Virus record (IMG/VR): IMGVR_UViG_3300002835_000132
From: an uncultured virus (IMG/VR IMGVR_UViG_3300002835_000132)
Taxonomy: Duplodnaviria; Heunggongvirae; Uroviricota; Caudoviricetes
Direction: 5' to 3' (one strand)
DNA: 20,000 nt
Below, piece after piece: positions 16,381 through 20,000 of the stretch; position 1 is the first letter of the stretch, and every line of letters begins with the position of its first letter. The translations under genes were made by a program, and so were the position numbers. The notes under the pieces were generated by a model. The model made no database searches. It was not told where the DNA came from and saw only the letters and a program-made list of their open reading frames with translations.

Positions 16381-19300
16381 ATGAGCTTTAACTATCAAAA
16401 TCCATTAGCAGGAACAATCTACGAAGCACCAGTCGGAGTTGCTCTTGACAATAGTACAGGTACGAATTTCAGTGTATACAACATAGGTGGATACATGGAA
16501 GTATATTCGTATGCTGACTTAAATTATGTTATCCCGCCAGGTACTGAAGGAACAGTACTTTATTCGGGAAACACAATCCCAATATCATTTGCATATAACG
16601 CACCTTTTAGTATACCCAACGTATTAACTTTATATAGTGATGAGATATCATCAGGAAGAAGAAGGTTAGGTATGATGGTGTATGTTATTTCAGCAGATAC
16701 TACCTATCAATATGTCATAGACAACTATGTAACATTATGGAATAATGCACAAACCTCTGGAGCTCTTGGATTTGACGGTACAAACTGGACATGTGAAGAC
16801 AGTACCGAAGCGGGAGCTTTGTTTTTAAATGCTTGGACAGGGTCAACAATTGAAGGTGTTAGTGGGGCGACTCATGAAAACGCAAGATGGAAAGTTGCAA
16901 ATATGAACGACACTGTTATTACAGGAGGAACATATTTTTCTGCAACAACTACTTTACAATTATATGAAAACAACGGACAAACAGTAACAATCACAGGATT
17001 TACAGGTACAGTAACGGGAGGGACTTATGATAGTGGAACTTCAACGTTAACCCTTAATAATAGTGATGGTTTAAATGTCTCAATAACAGGAATTACTTCA
17101 GGTTCTGGTTCAGCCTTATCGGTTGGTGACGGGATTACGACAGTTAACCCTGTATCAGGAATAACATTCAATGGTGCAACAGTAACAAACGATGGTGGTG
17201 GAAATATTACCGTAACAATAACAGGAGGTACTTCAGGTACAAGTGGTACATCAGGTACTTCAGGAATAGACGGAACTAGTGGAACAGATGGTACTTCAGG
17301 AACTTCAGGTTCATCAGGTACAACAGGAACTAGTGGTACTTCAGGAATAGATGGTACATCAGGTACTGACGGAACAAGTGGAACAGATGGTACATCAGGT
17401 ACTGACGGAACAAGTGGAACAGATGGTACATCAGGTACTTCAGGAATAGATGGTACTAGTGGAACAGATGGTACTTCAGGTACAACAGGAACTAGCGGAA
17501 CAGATGGAACAAGTGGAACAGACGGTACTTCAGGTACAACAGGAACTAGCGGTACTTCAGGAATAGACGGAACTAGCGGTACTTCAGGAACAGATGGTAC
17601 TTCAGGAACAGATGGTACTTCAGGAACAAGTGGAATAGATGGAACATCAGGTACAGATGGTACTAGCGGTACTTCAGGAATAGATGGAACAAGTGGAATA
17701 GACGGTACTAGTGGTACTTCAGGAATAGACGGAACTAGCGGAACAGACGGTACTTCAGGTACAGATGGAACTAGCGGAACAGACGGTACTTCAGGAACTA
17801 GCGGAACAGACGGTACTTCAGGAACTAGCGGAACTGATGGAACATCAGGTACTTCAGGATTAAGTGGGGTTAACGGAACAAGTGGTACTTCGGGAACAAC
17901 AGGAACTTCGGGAACAACAGGAACATCAGGTTCAAGTGGAACAACAGGAACTTCGGGAACAACAGGAACATCAGGTTCAAGTGGAACAACAGGAACATCA
18001 GGTACTAGTGGAACTTCAGGTACTGACGGTACTAGTGGAACTTCAGGAATAGATGGTACTTCAGGTACTACAGGAACATCAGGTTCGTCAGGTACAACAG
18101 GAACTAGCGGAACTTCAGGGACAAGCGGTACAGATGGTACATCAGGGACAACAGGAACATCAGGTAGTTCAGGTACAACGGGAACTTCAGGAACTAGCGG
18201 TACAGATGGAACTTCAGGGACTAGCGGAACAGACGGTACTAGTGGAACAGATGGTACTTCAGGTACAACAGGAACTAGTGGTACATCAGGAACAGATGGT
18301 ACTTCAGGTACAACAGGAACTAGCGGTACTTCAGGAATAGATGGAACTAGTGGAACAGATGGTACTTCAGGTACTTCAGGAACTAGCGGTACTTCAGGTA
18401 TAGATGGAACAAGTGGTATTGATGGTACATCAGGTACTTCAGGAATAGATGGTACGAGCGGAATAGATGGTACAAGTGGTACTTCAGGTATTGATGGAAC
18501 ATCAGGAACAAGTGGTATTGATGGTACATCAGGAACAAGTGGAATAGATGGTACTTCAGGAACAAGTGGAATAGACGGTACTTCAGGAACAAGTGGAATA
18601 GACGGTACTTCAGGAACATCAGGAATAGACGGTACTTCAGGAACATCAGGAATAGACGGTACTTCAGGAACATCAGGAATAGATGGTACTTCAGGTACAA
18701 GTGGTACTTCAGGTACTTCAGGAACAAGTGGAATAGACGGTACTTCAGGAACATCAGGAATAGACGGTACTTCAGGAACATCAGGAATAGATGGTACTTC
18801 AGGAACAAGTGGAATAGACGGAACTTCAGGTACTTCAGGAACTAGTGGAATAGACGGTACTTCAGGAACATCAGGAATAGATGGTACTTCAGGAACAAGT
18901 GGAATAGACGGAACTTCAGGTACGAGCGGAATAGATGGTACAAGTGGTACTTCAGGTATTGATGGTACTTCAGGAACAAGTGGAATAGACGGAACTTCAG
19001 GTACGAGCGGAATAGATGGTACAAGTGGTACTTCAGGTATTGATGGTACTTCAGGAACAAGTGGAATAGACGGAACTTCAGGAACATCAGGAATTGATGG
19101 TACTTCAGGTACTTCAGGAATTGATGGTACTTCAGGAATTGATGGTACTTCAGGAACAAGTGGAATAGACGGAACTTCAGGTACTTCAGGAATAGACGGA
19201 ACTTCAGGTACTTCAGGAATTGATGGTACTTCAGGAACAAGTGGAACAGATGGTACTTCAGGAACAAGTGGAATAGACGGAACTAGTGGAACAGATGGTA

Positions 19301-20000
19301 CTTCAGGTACAGACGGAACTAGCGGTACTTCAGGTACAGACGGAACTAGTGGAACAGATGGTACATCAGGAACAGACGGAACAAGTGGAACAGATGGTAC
19401 ATCAGGAACAGACGGAACAAGTGGTACTTCAGGCACTTCAGGTACTTCAGGAATTGATGGTACTTCAGGTACTTCAGGAATTGATGGTACTTCAGGAACT
19501 AGCGGTATAGATGGTACGTCAGGAACAAGTGGAATAGATGGTACATCAGGTACTTCAGGAATAGATGGAACATCAGGAACTACAGGTACTTCGGGTACTT
19601 CAGGAATAGATGGAACGTCAGGAACATCAGGAACATCAGGAATAGATGGTACATCAGGTACTAGCGGAACTTCAGGAATAGACGGTACTTCAGGAACTAG
19701 CGGTACAAGTGGTACTTCAGGAACTAGCGGTATAGATGGCACGTCAGGAACAAGTGGAATAGATGGTACATCAGGTACTTCAGGAATAGATGGAACATCA
19801 GGAACTACAGGTACTTCGGGTACTTCAGGAATAGATGGAACATCAGGAACATCAGGAACATCAGGAACATCAGGAACATCAGGAACATCAGGAACTACGG
19901 GTACTTCAGGGATAGATGGAACATCAGGAACTACAGGTACTTCGGGTACTTCAGGGATAGATGGAACATCAGGAACTACAGGTACTTCGGGTACTTCAGG
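16381..20000 (+). CDS. Collagen-like (Gly-X-Y) fibre protein, >1206 aa, 3'-truncated; not listed in the ORF track
   Basis: ATG 16381 follows an A-rich 17-nt spacer. Manual translation gives MSFNYQNPLAGTIYEAPVGVALDNSTG...DEISSGRRRLGMMVYVISADTTYQY...GNITVTITG, then (GXY)n from 17227 with no stop before the window end. Confidence 0.9.
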   Translation, partial: MSFNYQNPLAGTIYEAPVGVALDNSTGTNFSVYNIGGYMEVYSYADLNYVIPPGTEGTVLYSGNTIPISFAYNAPFSIPNVLTLYSDEISSGRRRLGMMVYVISADTTYQYVIDNYVTLWNNAQTSGALGFDGTNWTCEDSTEAGALFLNAWTGSTIEGVSGATHENARWKVANMNDTVITGGTYFSATTTLQLYENNGQTVTITGFTGTVTGGTYDSGTSTLTLNNSDGLNVSITGITSGSGSALSVGDGITTVNPVSGITFNGATVTNDGGGNITVTITGGTSGTSGTSGTSGIDGTSGTDGTSGTSGSSGTTGTSGTSGIDGTSGTDGTSGTDGTSGTDGTSGTDGTSGTSGIDGTSGTDGTSGTTGTSGTDGTSGTDGTSGTTGTSGTSGIDGTSGTSGTDGTSGTDGTSGTSGIDGTSGTDGTSGTSGIDGTSGIDGTSGTSGIDGTSGTDGTSGTDGTSGTDGTSGTSGTDGTSGTSGTDGTSGTSGLSGVNGTSGTSGTTGTSGTTGTSGSSGTTGTSGTTGTSGSSGTTGTSGTSGTSGTDGTSGTSGIDGTSGTTGTSGSSGTTGTSGTSGTSGTDGTSGTTGTSGSSGTTGTSGTSGTDGTSGTSGTDGTSGTDGTSGTTGTSGTSGTDGTSGTTGTSGTSGIDGTSGTDGTSGTSGTSGTSGIDGTSGIDGTSGTSGIDGTSGIDGTSGTSGIDGTSGTSGIDGTSGTSGIDGTSGTSGIDGTSGTSGIDGTSGTSGIDGTSGTSGIDGTSGTSGIDGTSGTSGTSGTSGTSGIDGTSGTSGIDGTSGTSGIDGTSGTSGIDGTSGTSGTSGIDGTSGTSGIDGTSGTSGIDGTSGTSGIDGTSGTSGIDGTSGTSGIDGTSGTSGIDGTSGTSGIDGTSGTSGIDGTSGTSGIDGTSGTSGIDGTSGIDGTSGTSGIDGTSGTSGIDGTSGTSGIDGTSGTSGTDGTSGTSGIDGTSGTDGTSGTDGTSGTSGTDGTSGTDGTSGTDGTSGTDGTSGTDGTSGTSGTSGTSGIDGTSGTSGIDGTSGTSGIDGTSGTSGIDGTSGTSGIDGTSGTTGTSGTSGIDGTSGTSGTSGIDGTSGTSGTSGIDGTSGTSGTSGTSGTSGIDGTSGTSGIDGTSGTSGIDGTSGTTGTSGTSGIDGTSGTSGTSGTSGTSGTSGTTGTSGIDGTSGTTGTSGTSGIDGTSGTTGTSGTS
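16915..17094 (+). repeat. Two 31-aa-period fibre-shaft-like repeats
   Basis: VITGGTYFSATTTLQLYENNGQTVTITGF and TVTGGTYDSGTSTLTLNNSDGLNVSITGI; the TGG codons start at 16921 and 17014 (93 nt apart). Confidence 0.75.
17227..20000 (+). repeat. 9-nt-period coding repeat, at least 308 Gly-X-Y triplets (GTS, GID, GTD, GTT, few GSS)
   Basis: GGN every 9 nt. Register checked at 17227, 17857 (+70 triplets) and 19981 (+306 triplets). The antisense shadow ORF shows Pro at every third residue throughout the repeat. Confidence 0.95.

Noticed and set aside
17864..19510. Short repetitive ORFs in other frames (17864, 18053, 18383, 18842, 19286)
   Set aside because: Off-frame or antisense readings of the 9-nt repeat.
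17025..19742. 905-aa minus-strand ORF of (P-x-V/I)n
   Set aside because: Antisense shadow of the Gly-X-Y gene: each GG reads as CC (Pro), and the small codon vocabulary gives no stops. The + strand frame has a proper start, a globular N-terminus and operon context.
14960..20000. Possible CRISPR array or non-coding satellite
   Set aside because: No constant repeat with unique spacers. Variation falls at synonymous positions and preserves frame, as expected for protein-coding repeats.
1..20000. Stop-codon reassignment as seen in some large phages
   Set aside because: Standard code gives near-complete coding density, and TAA, TGA (14295-14297) and TAG (14651-14653) each appear to end a gene.
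1..20000. Diversity-generating retroelement
   Set aside because: No reverse transcriptase and no template/variable repeat pair differing at adenines was seen in this window.

Overview
AT-rich, densely packed window in which all credible genes are on the + strand. It looks like the baseplate/tail-appendage part of the virion module of a large tailed phage, probably with a contractile tail. A Bacteroidota host is inferred from SprB-type repeats and A-rich starts lacking Shine-Dalgarno sites. There are ten CDS. The first is cut by the left edge. The last (16381 to >20000) is missing from the supplied ORF track because it has no stop in the window; it encodes at least 308 uninterrupted, proline-free Gly-X-Y triplets (GTS/GID/GTD/GTT). 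Downstream of a baseplate-wedge-like gene (YLFKSKGT motif) lie three different stalk architectures: 7 SprB-like repeats, a 280-aa (T/S-X)n mucin-like linker and the collagen-like rod. Most notable observations: (1) a recurrent hydrophobic-[ST]-[GA]-x-T motif across most proteins, a possible virion-wide modification sequon; (2) a paralogous C-terminal domain shared by the wedge-like protein and the SprB-repeat protein; (3) a TATTTAT box 23-24 nt upstream of both genes that follow real intergenic gaps; (4) an internal membrane-like segment in the largest protein. No database searches were run, so family calls rest on motif recognition by eye.
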